Shown: in pieces, positions 19,132 through 31,434 of the stretch
Layout: each line of letters starts with the position of its first letter
How positions within the stretch are numbered: the first letter of the stretch is position 1
NCBI GenBank assembly: GCA_038040345.1
Contig: JBBPIQ010000002.1
Location: 189,747-253,746, forward strand
Length of the DNA stretch: 64,000 nt
Source: Chloroflexota bacterium
Lineage (GTDB): Bacteria > Chloroflexota > Limnocylindria > P2-11E
Direction of reading: 5' to 3'
Notes under the pieces: model-generated
The model's database searches: none
What the model was told of the DNA's origin: nothing
Seen by the model: the letters and a program-made list of their open reading frames with translations, nothing else
Made by a program: the position numbers and the translations under genes

Positions 19132-19900
19132 GGACCTGCTCGTGTTGAAGATCGGCGGATCGGTGGGCGCCGAGAACGACGCCGCGCTCGACGCGGTCGT
19201 CGCTCTGAACGACGCGGGTCATCCGCTCGTCGTCGTGCACGGCGGCGGCCCGCTCGTGGGCGAGTGGGCGGAACGGATGGGCATGCAGACGCGCTTCGTG
19301 CGCGGGCTCCGCGTCAGCGACGCCGAAACGCGCGACGTCGCGCTCGCCGTGCTCGGCGGGCTCGCGAACGGGCGCGTCGTCGCCACGCTCATCGCGCGCG
19401 GCGTCCCTGCGGTCGGCCTCACCGGCATCGACGGCGGGATGCTCCGCGCCGAACGCGAGGACGCCGAGCTTGGTTTCGTGGGGCGCGTAACCCTCGTCGA
19501 CAGCGCGCTCCTTGAGGAGCTCATCGACGCGGGCCGCGTTCCGATCGTGGCGCCGGCCGCGCTCGATCGCACCTCCGGTGAAGTGCTCAACGTCAACGGC
19601 GACGCGGCCGCGGGCGCGATCGCTGCAAGCCTCAGCGCGCGACTTCTCGTGTTCGTCACCGACGTGCCCGGCGTTCGCGGCAAGGACGGTCGCGTGATCG
19701 CTCAGCTCGACGCGGACAAAGCCCGCGCGCTCGTCGACGATGGAACGATCGAGGGAGGCATGCTCCCCAAGGTCGAGGCGTGCCTCATCGCGGCCGCTGC
19801 GGGGTGCCGTGCGGCCATCGTGGCGACGCGCGGGGTCGATTCCGTCGAGCGGCTCCTCGCCGGCGAACAGGTCGGCACCGTCTTCGAGGCCGCGGCATGA
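19112..19900 (+). CDS. argB: acetylglutamate kinase
   Basis: LVLKIGGS...VVVHGGGP; ATG at 19112 or GTG at 19142; the ORF-track 18992 start is an upstream extension. Confidence 0.85.
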   Translation: MPNTPRKDLLVLKIGGSVGAENDAALDAVVALNDAGHPLVVVHGGGPLVGEWAERMGMQTRFVRGLRVSDAETRDVALAVLGGLANGRVVATLIARGVPAVGLTGIDGGMLRAEREDAELGFVGRVTLVDSALLEELIDAGRVPIVAPAALDRTSGEVLNVNGDAAAGAIAASLSARLLVFVTDVPGVRGKDGRVIAQLDADKARALVDDGTIEGGMLPKVEACLIAAAAGCRAAIVATRGVDSVERLLAGEQVGTVFEAAA

Positions 19901-20378
19901 GGGACGCGCTCGCGCGCAAGCATCACCGGCAGCAGGCGCTGCTTCGCGTCGTCTCCCGGCAGCGACTATCGACGCAGGCCGACCTCGTCCGCGCGCTCCG
20001 TGGCGCAGGGTTCGCCGCGACACAGGCGACGGTCTCGCGCGACATCGTCGAGCTCGGCCTCGTGAAGGTGGCGCGCGACGGGACGCACGCCTACGCTCCG
20101 CCCTCCGCGGCCGCGCCCGGCGGCGGGATTGAGCGGCTCCGCCGGTTCTGCGAGGACTACCCGGTGGAGGGAGCGCTGGCCACGAATCTCGTGGTCCTGC
20201 GATCGCTTCCCGGGACCGCGAATGCGCTCGCCGCGGCGCTCGATGCGTCGCGGTTGGAAGAGGCGGTCGGCACGCTTGCCGGAGACGACACGGTCTTCAT
20301 CGCGGCCACCAACGAACGCCATGCGCGGGCGCTCCTCGGCCGACTGGCGACGTTCGGCATCGCGCGGAAGGGGACGAG

Positions 20379-20382
<4 letters not shown>
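19897..20382 (+). CDS. argR: arginine repressor
   Basis: ATG overlapping argB stop; RQQALLRVVSRQRLSTQADLVRAL...ATVSRDIVELGLVKV. Confidence 0.8.
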
Positions 20383-21670
<1,288 letters not shown>

Positions 21671-21674
<4 letters not shown>

Positions 21675-23056
21675 GCGAAGAAAAGAAGCCACTCTGGTCC
21701 GGCCGCTTCACGACGGGGACCGACCGCTCGATGCTCTGGTTCACGAGCTCGCTGGAGCTCGACCATCGCATCCTGCGGTACGACGTCCGCGGCAGCCTCG
21801 CGCACGCCAGGATGCTCGGCCGCCAAGGGATCCTCGCGGCGGAGGACGTGAAGCGAATCGTCGGGGGACTCGAGCGGATCCTCGAGGAAGTCGATCAGAA
21901 GCGGTTCCCATGGCCGAGTGACCTCGAGGACGTGCATACCGTCGTGGAGCATCGTCTCCGGGATCTCGTCGGTGAGGTCGCGGGAAAGCTGCACACCGGC
22001 CGAAGCCGCAACGATCAGATCGCCCTGGATCTGCGACTCTTCACGATCGACGCACTAGAGCAGCTCGACTCGGCGATCCTCGATCTCGCGCGTGCCCTGG
22101 TGGAGCGCGCGGCCGACGAGACGACAACGCTGATGCCGGGCTATACGCATCTTCAGCGCGCGCAACCCGTTTCTCTAGCACACCACCTTCTCGCGCATGT
22201 CGAAGCATTGCGGCGGGACCGCTCGAGGGTTGCGGAAGCGCGGGAGCGCGCCGCGACGTCACCCCTCGGTGCGGGAGCCCTGGCTGGCGCGCCGTATCCA
22301 CTTGACCCTGGATCGGTCGCGAAGGAGCTCGGGCTCGGCCAGGTGTTCCGCAACAGCATCGACGCCGTTTCCGATCGCGACTTCGTCGTCGACTTCGTTT
22401 ACGTGTCCGCGCTAACGGCGATGCACGCATCGCGTCTCGCCGAGGAGCTCGTGCTCTGGACATCCAGCGAGTTCGGCTTCGCCGAGTTCGCCGACGCACA
22501 CGCGACCGGGTCGAGCATCATGCCGCAGAAGAAGAACCCCGATGTCGCCGAGCTGGTTCGCGGTCGTTCCGGTCGCCTGCTCGGAGATCTGGTGGCGGTC
22601 CTCACGACGATCAAGGGTCTGCCGCTCGCATACAACTCCGATCTTCAGGAGCAACGGGTGCCCCTGTACGACGCGACGCGTCTTCAGGCGGCGCTGCAGG
22701 CCCTAGCCGCGGTCATCCGAGGCGTCCGATTCGATCGCGATCAAATGCGGCGCGCGACCGATCGCGGGATGCTCGCCGCGACGGATCTTGCCGACCATCT
22801 CGCAAAGCGAGGTGTTCCGTTTCGTGAGGCTCACGAGGTAGTCGGAAGGATCGTTCGCGACCGGCTATCGCGGGGAGGCGACCTCGGCGACCTGACGCTC
22901 GAGGAGCTGCGCCACTATCACGAACGCTTTGAGGCGAGTGCGATCGAAGAATCACGACCAGAGAATTCGCTGGCCTCCCGCGCCTCACCGGGCGGCACCG
23001 CGCCCGACCGCGTGCGCGAGGCTCTCGCGGAAGTCACAGCGGCGCTGAAGCAATGA
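21671..23056 (+). CDS. argH: argininosuccinate lyase
   Basis: GTG start overlapping argG stop; WSGRFTTGTD...GSSIMPQKKNPD; the 975-aa ORF 20129..23056 is a fusion artefact. Confidence 0.9.
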
Positions 23057-23604
23057 GCGTGGCCATTCGTCCCGCGCGCGTCGAGGACGTCGACGACATG
23101 CAGACCCTCATCAACCGGTACGCAGCGGAAGACCGGATGCTCGAGCGGTCGCGCGATTTCCTGCTCGAGCATCTCCGCGACTTCCTCGTCGCCGAGGACG
23201 CGTCCGGGTTTCTCGGTTGTTGCTCCCTCGCGGTGCTGACGCCGGACCTCGCGGAGGTACGTTCGCTCGCCGTGCGCCCCGAGGCGTCCGGCCGCGGCAT
23301 CGGCCGCCAGCTCGTCCGCGCCTGCGTCGCCGAGGCGCGGCGACTCGGACTGCGCCGCGTGTTCGCGCTCACCCTGGTGCCCGACTTCTTCCAGCAGTGC
23401 GGGTTCGTTCTGACGAGCCTCGGCCGGCTGCCGGAGAAGAGCGCATCGGAGTGCCCGGTCTGCCCCAAGCGCTTCGCGTGCGACGAGCACGCGATGCTCC
23501 TGCACCTCGACGGGACCATTCCCGAGCCGCTCGCATCGAGCGAGCCGGTCGGCTACACGCGGCTCTTCCTCGGCGTCGAGCCGGGAGGGAAGTCGGCGCC
23601 GTGA
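23053..23604 (+). CDS. GNAT acetyltransferase, candidate short-form N-acetylglutamate synthase
   Basis: single GNAT domain (RGIGRQLVRACVAEARRLG) directly after argH with overlapping stop/start; C-terminal CPVCPKRFACDEH. Confidence 0.6.
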   Translation: MSVAIRPARVEDVDDMQTLINRYAAEDRMLERSRDFLLEHLRDFLVAEDASGFLGCCSLAVLTPDLAEVRSLAVRPEASGRGIGRQLVRACVAEARRLGLRRVFALTLVPDFFQQCGFVLTSLGRLPEKSASECPVCPKRFACDEHAMLLHLDGTIPEPLASSEPVGYTRLFLGVEPGGKSAP

Positions 23605-23609
23605 GCCGC

Positions 23610-23981
23610 ATGGGAAAGGCCGCACGGTTCTTCGCGGCCGGATTCGACACGGTCGCGATCGGCATTCTCGCTTTCAACGAGACCGGTGGGCGATTCGCGG
23701 CGAGCCTCGCCGAGTTCGTCCTCTGGGGTTCGGTGCTGGCGGCGGCGATCTGCGCGATCGTCATCCTCGTAGAGAGCCTCGCGCCGCTTGCCTGGATCGC
23801 CATCGGTTACATGCTCTTCGCCGGTCTTCTCACACAGGGAAGTCCGCATTTCGGTTTCGTTCTGCTCGCGCTCGCCCTCGCGCCGATGGTCCCGCGGCCG
23901 CGAGGCTCGCTGAGCCTCGGGATCGGCATCGCCGCGGTCTCAGCTCTGGTGTCGCGCGTCGCGATCACATTCGCCCCTTGA
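23610..23981 (+). CDS. small hydrophobic membrane protein
   Basis: in-frame ATG/GTG at 23601-23610; three predicted TM helices. Confidence 0.3.
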   Translation: MGKAARFFAAGFDTVAIGILAFNETGGRFAASLAEFVLWGSVLAAAICAIVILVESLAPLAWIAIGYMLFAGLLTQGSPHFGFVLLALALAPMVPRPRGSLSLGIGIAAVSALVSRVAITFAP

Positions 23982-23997
23982 GTACCATCGAGGGCTG

Positions 23998-25566
23998 TTG
24001 ACGACTCGCCCGACGGTCCGAGCCGCGAACGGTCTGGTCGCGAGCGGACATCACCTCGCGACGTCCGCTGGTCTCGCCGCTCTCCGCGAAGGTGGCAACG
24101 CCGCCGATGCCGCTGTCGCCGCGGCGGCGGTCTGCGCCGTCGTTATGCCGCATCGCACGTCGATCGGCGGCGACATGTTCGCGCTCTTCTACGACGCGCG
24201 GTCGCGCGAGGTCACCGCGTACAACGGTTCAGGCGCCGCTCCGCATGCTCTCGATCCCGAGAGCTTCGGCAAGGCTTTCCCGGCGCAGGGCGCCACCATC
24301 GCGACCGTCCCCGGCCTCATCGCGGGGCTCGCGGATCTTGTCGCCGACCACGGCCGTCTCGGCCTCGATCGAGCGCTCGCTCCGGCGATCGGCTATGCGG
24401 AGAACGGTTTTCCCGTGAGCGACGTCCTTGCCGAGGTGATCGCCGACGAGGGAGACCGGATCGCGCGCGACGAGCAGGCCGCACAGATCTTCGGTCCGCG
24501 CGGGCGCTGGCCCGGTGCGGGGGAGATGCTCCAGCAGCGGGACCTCGCGGCAGCACTGCAAGCCGTCGCCCGCGACGGCGCGGACGCGTTCTATCGCGGC
24601 GATCTCGGTGAGCGCTTCGCGACGGCGATCGCGTCGATCGGCGGTGCGATCGACCGCGCCGACCTGGCCGCGCATCGCACCGATCGCCCCGAGCCCCTTT
24701 CCATCAGCTATCGCGGTCTGCGAGTCTTCGGTCAGCCGCCGGTCTCGCAGGGACACATCCTTCTCGAGGAGCTCGCGATCGTCGAAGGCATCGACGTCCG
24801 TGCGCTCGAGTGGGGGAGTGCCGACCTCATACATCTCATGGTGGAGACCAAGAAGCTCGCGTTCGCCGATCGCGACGCGCACGCGGGCGATCCCGCACGC
24901 GTCGACTTCGATGCTCGCCGCTTGCTCGACGCCGAGTTCGTCGCGAGCCGCCGCCGCGCCGTGAACGCCAAAGCGAGCGAGCGCAGCGAGGCGGGCTCGC
25001 TCATGACGCCGGCCGACACCACATACCTCGCGATCGTGGACCGCGACGGCAACGCGGTCTCGCTCATCGAGAGCGTGTTCAGCGCGTTCGGCGCGGCCAC
25101 GGTGGTACCGGGTACCGGGATCCTCCTCAACAACCGACTCTCGGGCTTCTCGCTCGATCCAAGTTCGCCGAATGCGGTCGCGCCGGGCAAACGCCCCGTG
25201 CACACGTTGAACACGGTGATCGCGCTCGAAGGGTCGATGCCGCGATTCGTTTTCGGCACGCCCGGACGCCACGCCCAGGTGCAGACGAACTTCCAGCTCG
25301 CGGTGGGACTCATCGACTTCGGCATGGACGTGCAGCAGGCGATCGAAGAACCCCGTTGGTATCACGACTCGGGGCGCACACTGAAGATGGAGCGCCGTTA
25401 TCCCGAGGCCGTCCGTCGCGCGATGGCGGCGAAGGGGCACGAGGTCGCGGTGCTGGGAGATTGGGACGAGATCACCGGGGGCGCACAAGCGATCGCGATC
25501 GACCCGAACGGATCGTTCGCCGGTGGCGCGGATCCGCGCCGCGAGGGTCAGGCCGCTGGGTATTAA
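23998..25566 (+). CDS. ggt: gamma-glutamyltransferase family protein
   Basis: TTG start; TSIGGDMFALFYD...TTYLAIVDRDGNAVS; no obvious signal peptide. Confidence 0.85.
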   Translation: MTTRPTVRAANGLVASGHHLATSAGLAALREGGNAADAAVAAAAVCAVVMPHRTSIGGDMFALFYDARSREVTAYNGSGAAPHALDPESFGKAFPAQGATIATVPGLIAGLADLVADHGRLGLDRALAPAIGYAENGFPVSDVLAEVIADEGDRIARDEQAAQIFGPRGRWPGAGEMLQQRDLAAALQAVARDGADAFYRGDLGERFATAIASIGGAIDRADLAAHRTDRPEPLSISYRGLRVFGQPPVSQGHILLEELAIVEGIDVRALEWGSADLIHLMVETKKLAFADRDAHAGDPARVDFDARRLLDAEFVASRRRAVNAKASERSEAGSLMTPADTTYLAIVDRDGNAVSLIESVFSAFGAATVVPGTGILLNNRLSGFSLDPSSPNAVAPGKRPVHTLNTVIALEGSMPRFVFGTPGRHAQVQTNFQLAVGLIDFGMDVQQAIEEPRWYHDSGRTLKMERRYPEAVRRAMAAKGHEVAVLGDWDEITGGAQAIAIDPNGSFAGGADPRREGQAAGY

Positions 25567-27679
25567 CCGCGGCGTAGTTGCCGCGGTCGCGATCTTGTGC
25601 GCCTCGGTGCTGAGCGCCTGCGAGCCTGGACCTCCGCCGGCCGAGCCCATCGCGCGCCAGTACGCCGCCGCATGGCAGAAGTCCGATTACCAGTCGATGT
25701 GGGACCTGTTGACCGACGACGCGAAGCAGCAGGTCACGACCGCGGGCTTCATCGACCGGCTGCCGCGCATCGCGGAGGAGATGACGCTCCAATCGCTCGA
25801 CCCAAGGCCCGGTGTGGCGACGCACCCGGCGCTCCCGAACGGGTCGCCGGACCCGCGAAAGGCGAGCGTGCCGCTCGACGTCATCTTCCATACGCAGCGC
25901 GTCGGTGATTTCGCTCGCGCAATCACGCTCCAGCTCGTGATGGTCGGCGAGAAGGACAAAGCGGTCTGGCGGATCGCGTGGACCCCCGAAGCGATCCTTC
26001 CGCATCTCACCGCGGGCCGTCTGGTGCGCATGACGCGCCTGCCCACCTCGCGAGGCCGGATCGTCGCTCGCGACGGCACCGAGCTCGCCACATTCATCGA
26101 AGCGGGCGTGGTCGGCGTGATCACCGGACAGATCCGCTCAGAGGCGGGGCTGTTGTCGTCGCTGTCATCCGTGCTCGCGATGACGCCCGACCAGATCAAG
26201 GCGAAGTACACGCAGTCCTGGGTGAAGCCCGATCTCTTCGTGCCGATCAAGACCGTGCCCACGACGCAGCTCGACGCCCTTCGTACGCGGCTCTCTCTGA
26301 TCGAGGGAGTTCAGGTGCAGGCGACGCGCGTGCGCAGCTACCCGACCGGACTTGCGTCGCAGACCCTCGGCTACCTCGCTGAGGCGAGCGAGGACGAGGC
26401 AAAGGCGAAGACGGCGCGCGGCGTCGAGGCCGGTGACCTCATCGGCAAGAAGGACACCGGGCTCGAGGCGACCCTCGACGACGAGCTCGGCGGGAGTTAC
26501 GGATTCCGTCTCGGCATCGTCGAGTCTGATGAGCGACCCGTCGAAACGCTCTCCGAGACCGCGCCGGTGCCCGGACGCGACGTCGTCCTCTCGCTCGATC
26601 CCAAGCTGCAGCGCGCGGCCGAGAACGCGCTCGGGAATCAGAAGGGCGCGATCGTCGCCGAGGATCCGTGGTCGGGCGAGATCCTCGCTCTAGCGAGTCG
26701 GCCGACGTTCGACTTGAACGCGCTCGTGTCGGGCGACGCCGCCGCGATCGCGCGCTATTCGTCGGATCCGAACCGGCCGTTCTTCAACCGCGCGACGTTC
26801 GGCCAATACCCGACCGGGTCGTCGTTCAAACCGATCACCTCGGCCGCCGCGCTCCGGAACGGCGTCTACAACTGGGGCGACAAGATCGACTGCCCGGCAC
26901 GCTGGACCGGCTACGGCGAGCAATGGGCGCAGCTCAACCACGAAACAAAGGCGCTCGGGCCGATCGACCTCCGCACCGCGCTCGCGCGCAGCTGCAACAC
27001 GTTCTTTTACGAGATCGGCAAACGCCTCAACGATCGCGATCCGAACATCCTGCCGAACACCGCGAAGAGCTTCGGGCTCGGGAAGGCCACGGACATCGAC
27101 TTCGTCTATGAGGCGGAAGGGATAGTTCCGAGCCCGGACTGGAAGAAGACGTACTTCACCAACCCCGCCGACCAGGTATGGAACCCGGGGGACGCGACGA
27201 ACCTCGCGATCGGGCAGGGGTTTCTGCTCGCGACGCCGCTGCAGATGGCGAACTACACGTCGACGCTCGCCAACGACGGCATCCTTTGGAAGCCGCGCCT
27301 CGTGATCGAGCTCCGCGACCGAGACGGCAAGACCGTCAAGACTTATCCGAAAACGCAGATGGGCTCGGCGCTCTCGATCCCGACGGACCTTTCGCTCATC
27401 CGCGACGGTATGCACGCTGTGACGAACGATCCCGACGGCACGGTGTCCTTCGTTTTCCAGAACTACTCGCCCACCACGGCGGGAAAGAGCGGTACGGCCG
27501 AGTCGCCGACTCCCGGCAAGGTCGACGCGTGGTTCATCGGGTGGGCCTCGTTCGAGCAGCCTTCGATCGCGATAGCCGCGGTCCTCGACGAATACACGGA
27601 GAGACCGGGCGTGTTCGGCTCGGTCGACTCGGCCATCGCCGTGAAGGCCGTATTGACCGCGAAGTTCGCCACGCCGTAG
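25523..27679 (+). CDS. penicillin-binding protein (transpeptidase) lipoprotein
   Basis: lipobox LSAC, then SSFKP, SCN and KSGTAE motifs; start may lie downstream of 25523. Confidence 0.75.
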   Translation: MARIRAARVRPLGINRGVVAAVAILCASVLSACEPGPPPAEPIARQYAAAWQKSDYQSMWDLLTDDAKQQVTTAGFIDRLPRIAEEMTLQSLDPRPGVATHPALPNGSPDPRKASVPLDVIFHTQRVGDFARAITLQLVMVGEKDKAVWRIAWTPEAILPHLTAGRLVRMTRLPTSRGRIVARDGTELATFIEAGVVGVITGQIRSEAGLLSSLSSVLAMTPDQIKAKYTQSWVKPDLFVPIKTVPTTQLDALRTRLSLIEGVQVQATRVRSYPTGLASQTLGYLAEASEDEAKAKTARGVEAGDLIGKKDTGLEATLDDELGGSYGFRLGIVESDERPVETLSETAPVPGRDVVLSLDPKLQRAAENALGNQKGAIVAEDPWSGEILALASRPTFDLNALVSGDAAAIARYSSDPNRPFFNRATFGQYPTGSSFKPITSAAALRNGVYNWGDKIDCPARWTGYGEQWAQLNHETKALGPIDLRTALARSCNTFFYEIGKRLNDRDPNILPNTAKSFGLGKATDIDFVYEAEGIVPSPDWKKTYFTNPADQVWNPGDATNLAIGQGFLLATPLQMANYTSTLANDGILWKPRLVIELRDRDGKTVKTYPKTQMGSALSIPTDLSLIRDGMHAVTNDPDGTVSFVFQNYSPTTAGKSGTAESPTPGKVDAWFIGWASFEQPSIAIAAVLDEYTERPGVFGSVDSAIAVKAVLTAKFATP

Positions 27680-27715
27680 CCACCGGAGGCTCTGGACCTC
27701 GGTACTAGGCTCGGC

Positions 27716-28501
27716 GTGATGCGACGCGTGCTGACGTGCGCTCTGCTCGCGGTCCTGTTGTCCGCTTGCAGCGTTGAGGCTCCCGAATATCGACCGACGC
27801 CCACGCCGGTACCCTCGGCCACGGTCGTCGCGAAGCCGGACATTCTGCCGCTCACATACGAGGTGAATCCGCTCGAGCTGCCTGGCGGCACGGTGGCAGT
27901 AAAGAAGACGGCGATCTTCTTCTCGAACCCCAACACGTTCGTGCTGGACTGGTTCATGACGGTGCGCTTCAAGAGCGCGGACGGACTCGCCGTCACCGAC
28001 GAGCGCATCGGAAATGCGGGAGTGCCCCCTGATCGAGCCGACGCGAAGTTCCAGAACTGGTATTTCCCGATCCCGCCGGGCGACTCCTGGACGGTCGTCA
28101 GGTACGACAAGGCGTTCACCAAGAGCGACGTCCAGGAGTTCAAGGTCGCGAGGAGCCTCACCACGATCGGCGAGGTCGGCGGCGTTGGGATCGCTGACAA
28201 GACGTGCGCGAATGACGCCGCGGTCGGCGTGATCGGATGCGATCTCGGCATCTCCGCGACGGCGACCGTGCCGGGGTTCTCGAAGCTCCACCTGGTCGTT
28301 CTCGTGCGGAGCGCGGCATCCCCGCGGCAAGTGATCGGCGCTCTGCAGTGGCGTCCCGAGCTCGCAACAAGCGGAAAACCGTGGTTCAACCTCGAGGCAG
28401 GGGAGACGGTGAAGATCCAAATGCACGATGGCTACCCGACCCCGTCCGTCCCGTGGGAATACGAGGTCTTCGTGCACGCGTACCAGTTCTCAAGCCAGTA
28501 G
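27716..28501 (+). CDS. hypothetical lipoprotein
   Basis: signal peptide with lipobox LLSAC, 261 aa. Confidence 0.5.
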   Translation: MMRRVLTCALLAVLLSACSVEAPEYRPTPTPVPSATVVAKPDILPLTYEVNPLELPGGTVAVKKTAIFFSNPNTFVLDWFMTVRFKSADGLAVTDERIGNAGVPPDRADAKFQNWYFPIPPGDSWTVVRYDKAFTKSDVQEFKVARSLTTIGEVGGVGIADKTCANDAAVGVIGCDLGISATATVPGFSKLHLVVLVRSAASPRQVIGALQWRPELATSGKPWFNLEAGETVKIQMHDGYPTPSVPWEYEVFVHAYQFSSQ

Positions 28502-28576
28502 CCGACGCTCTAGACTTTTCGTATCCCCACGCTGACTGAAGCCCCTGCCTCGCGCCGCCTCGACAACGGGCTGGTC

Positions 28577-29806
28577 ATGCACGCGCTCGAGGCGCGGCAC
28601 GCGCCGGTCGTCTCGCTGTGGGTCTGGTACCAGGTCGGCGGCCGCAACGAGGTGCCCGGGACGACCGGGATGTCGCACTTCCTCGAGCACATGCTCTTCA
28701 AGGGCACGCCGAAGCATCCGAAGGGCGAGCTCGACAAGCTTCTCGCGCGATACGGCGCGCTGTGGAACGCCTTCACGAGCGAGGACGTGACCTGCTACTT
28801 CGAGACGGTGCCGGCCGAGCGCTACCCGGTCGCGCTCGAGCTCGAGGCAGACCGCATGCGGAACGCGCTCATCACTTTGGAAGAGACCGAGGCCGAGCGC
28901 AACGTCATCGTGAGCGAGCGCGAGGGGCTGGAGAACGACCCGTCGTTCCTACTCGGGGAGCAGCTGCAGGCCGTCGCGTTCGCGCGACATCCCTACGCGC
29001 AGGGCGTCATCGGCAGCAAAGAAGAGATCAAGCTCATGACGCGCGATGGTCTGTACGCGCATTACCGCCGTCACTACGCGCCGAACAACGCGTATTTCAT
29101 CGTCGCGGGCGACGCGCCCGCGGAGGAGCTGCTCGATCGCGCTGCGAACGCGTTCGGCTCGCTCGATGCGGAAGCACCGATCGAACCGCCGAAGGCACCG
29201 GAACCGCCGCAGTACGGCGAGAAGCGCGTCGTCGTTCGCCGCGCGGGCGGCGCGCTCCCGATCATCCAGATCGGCCACAAGGCCCCGCGAGCTTCGGACC
29301 CGCGCGCGGCCGCGCTTTCGGCGCTCGCGGTCGCGCTCGGTGGCGCGACCGCCGGCGGGGGAGAAGCGGCGTCGGGACGGTCGTCGCGTTTCTATCGCGC
29401 GCTCGTCGACACCGGGCTCGCCACTGAGGTAGACGCGTCGTTCTCGCTCATGAAAGATCCGTATCTCTTCATCGCGGAGGCGCATATGCGTCCGGGCGTG
29501 ACGCACGACAAAGTGGAACGGGTGATCCTCGAGGAGCTCGAGAAGGTCTCACGCTCGGCGCTCGACGACGAGGAGTTCGGCCGCGTCCGCAGGCAGATGC
29601 TGTCGGCGAGCGCGTTCATGACCGACACGGTGACCTGGCGTGCTTTCCGTTTCGGACAGCTCCTCGCGACCGGCGCCGCCACGTCGCTCGGCGAGTGGTA
29701 CGACCGTCTCGCCGCGGTCACCGCGGAGGACGTCCGCGCCGCCGCGGAGTCGGTGTTCCAGGAGAAGGGCCGTGTCGTGGGCTGGTTCGTGCCGGAGTCC
29801 TCGTAA
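28577..29806 (+). CDS. M16 peptidase, catalytic subunit
   Basis: HFLEH motif; frame is open from 28502 so the true start may be a non-canonical codon upstream. Confidence 0.8.
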   Translation: MHALEARHAPVVSLWVWYQVGGRNEVPGTTGMSHFLEHMLFKGTPKHPKGELDKLLARYGALWNAFTSEDVTCYFETVPAERYPVALELEADRMRNALITLEETEAERNVIVSEREGLENDPSFLLGEQLQAVAFARHPYAQGVIGSKEEIKLMTRDGLYAHYRRHYAPNNAYFIVAGDAPAEELLDRAANAFGSLDAEAPIEPPKAPEPPQYGEKRVVVRRAGGALPIIQIGHKAPRASDPRAAALSALAVALGGATAGGGEAASGRSSRFYRALVDTGLATEVDASFSLMKDPYLFIAEAHMRPGVTHDKVERVILEELEKVSRSALDDEEFGRVRRQMLSASAFMTDTVTWRAFRFGQLLATGAATSLGEWYDRLAAVTAEDVRAAAESVFQEKGRVVGWFVPESS

Positions 29807-31062
29807 TGGACGTCCGCCGGCACGGTCTCGATAACGGCCTGCGCGTCGCCGTCGTCCCTATCCCCGGGCTTCTCTCCGCCGCGGTGCTCCTCGCCATCGA
29901 GGCGGGGCAATGGTTCGAACCCGCCGGCCGTCCTGGCATCGGACGCCTTACGGCCCAGGCCATGCTGCGCGGCACCACCACGCGCGACGCGAAGACGTGG
30001 GCCGACGCGCTGGACGGCATCGGCGCCGCCGCGCGTCTCGACGTCGGCTCGCATGCCGCGACCTTCAGCGCGCAATCGCTCGGGAGCGATCTCGATGTTC
30101 TGCTCGAGCTGATGGCGGACGCGGTCGTGCGTCCGGCATTCGCCGACAAGGAAGTCGAGCTCGTTCGACAGCAGACCGTCGCGCAGATCGAGGAGGACGC
30201 GAAGAACACACGCGCGGTCGCCGAGAGCGCTTGGCGCGAGCTCGTCTATCCAAAGGGACATCCCTTCCGCGCGCGTCCGATCGGCGATCTCGGCGTGGTG
30301 CGCACCGCGACGGCCGACGATCTTCGAGACCATCACCGCCGCGCTATCCGACCGGATGGCGCGGTCCTCGTCGTCGCCGGCGGGGTCGACGCGAAGCAGG
30401 TCTTCGACGCCGCCGCGACGGCGTTCTCATCGTGGAAGGCCGCCGGGTCTCGCGAGGATCGCAAAGTCCCGGAGGCGCGTCTGACGACGGCCGTGCGAAA
30501 GCTCGACGTCGTGCCCGACAAGACCCAGAGCGACATCGTGCTCGGCTGGCCCGGACTGCCGCGGACCGATCCGCGGTTCGTCGCGGCGCGTGTCACCAAC
30601 ATGGTCTTCGCGGCGGACACGTTCGCAAGCCGCGCGGGCCACGTTGTCCGCGACGAGCTCGGGCTCGCGTACTACGTCTTCAGCACGATCGGCGGTTCGC
30701 GTGGCCAGTCGCCGTGGGTCGTGCGCATGGGCGTGAACCCGATCAACGTCGAGCGCGCGGTGAGCACGACGCTCGACGAGCTGCGCAAGATCGTCGACGG
30801 CAAAGTCGCTGAGGACGATCTCGAGCTCGCGCAGGACAAGCTCGTCGGCGAGCTGGATGTCGCACGCGAGAGTCCGGCCGGCGTCGCGTCGCTGCTTCTC
30901 GAAGGCGAGGTCTTCGAGCTGGGCGATGATTACGCCGAGCGCTATCCACGCGAGCTGCGCGCGGTCACGCTCGAGCAGGTCGTCGAGATGGCGCGCACCT
31001 TCCTCATGCCGGACCGCTACGCCCTCGCGATCGCCGGGCCGCCGCTTCCCGAACGAGATTGA
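29806..31062 (+). CDS. M16 peptidase-like, non-catalytic partner subunit
   Basis: TAATG overlap with upstream gene; M16 fold pattern but no HxxEH. Confidence 0.75.
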   Translation: MDVRRHGLDNGLRVAVVPIPGLLSAAVLLAIEAGQWFEPAGRPGIGRLTAQAMLRGTTTRDAKTWADALDGIGAAARLDVGSHAATFSAQSLGSDLDVLLELMADAVVRPAFADKEVELVRQQTVAQIEEDAKNTRAVAESAWRELVYPKGHPFRARPIGDLGVVRTATADDLRDHHRRAIRPDGAVLVVAGGVDAKQVFDAAATAFSSWKAAGSREDRKVPEARLTTAVRKLDVVPDKTQSDIVLGWPGLPRTDPRFVAARVTNMVFAADTFASRAGHVVRDELGLAYYVFSTIGGSRGQSPWVVRMGVNPINVERAVSTTLDELRKIVDGKVAEDDLELAQDKLVGELDVARESPAGVASLLLEGEVFELGDDYAERYPRELRAVTLEQVVEMARTFLMPDRYALAIAGPPLPERD

Positions 31063-31421
31063 GCTTTCCAAAGGCGACCCTCGCGCTGCTCGATCGCGCG
31101 GACGAGGTCGACATCGAGACGCGGTCGCCGAAAGGCACCACGCATTCCGTCCCGATCTGGATCGTGGCCGACGGAGACGATGTGTTCATACGCGCCGTTC
31201 GTGGGCCGACGTCGCGCTGGTACCGCGAGCTCGTGGCTGGTCCGGGGGCGCTCGTCGTGAACGGAAAGCGCATCCCGGTGCGCGCGATCGCGGCCGCGGA
31301 GAGCGCATCGGTGAAACGCGCCTCGGATGGCTACCGAAAGAAATATCGGAAGGGCAGCTCCCTCGATTCGATGCTGGTCCCGTCGGTGCTGCCGACTACG
31401 GTCCGGCTCGAGCCGGCTTGA
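31059..31421 (+). CDS. DUF2255-like small protein
   Basis: TTG start overlapping upstream stop; 120 aa. Confidence 0.4.
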   Translation: MSFPKATLALLDRADEVDIETRSPKGTTHSVPIWIVADGDDVFIRAVRGPTSRWYRELVAGPGALVVNGKRIPVRAIAAAESASVKRASDGYRKKYRKGSSLDSMLVPSVLPTTVRLEPA

Positions 31422-31434
31422 TCGCCGCCGCGCG

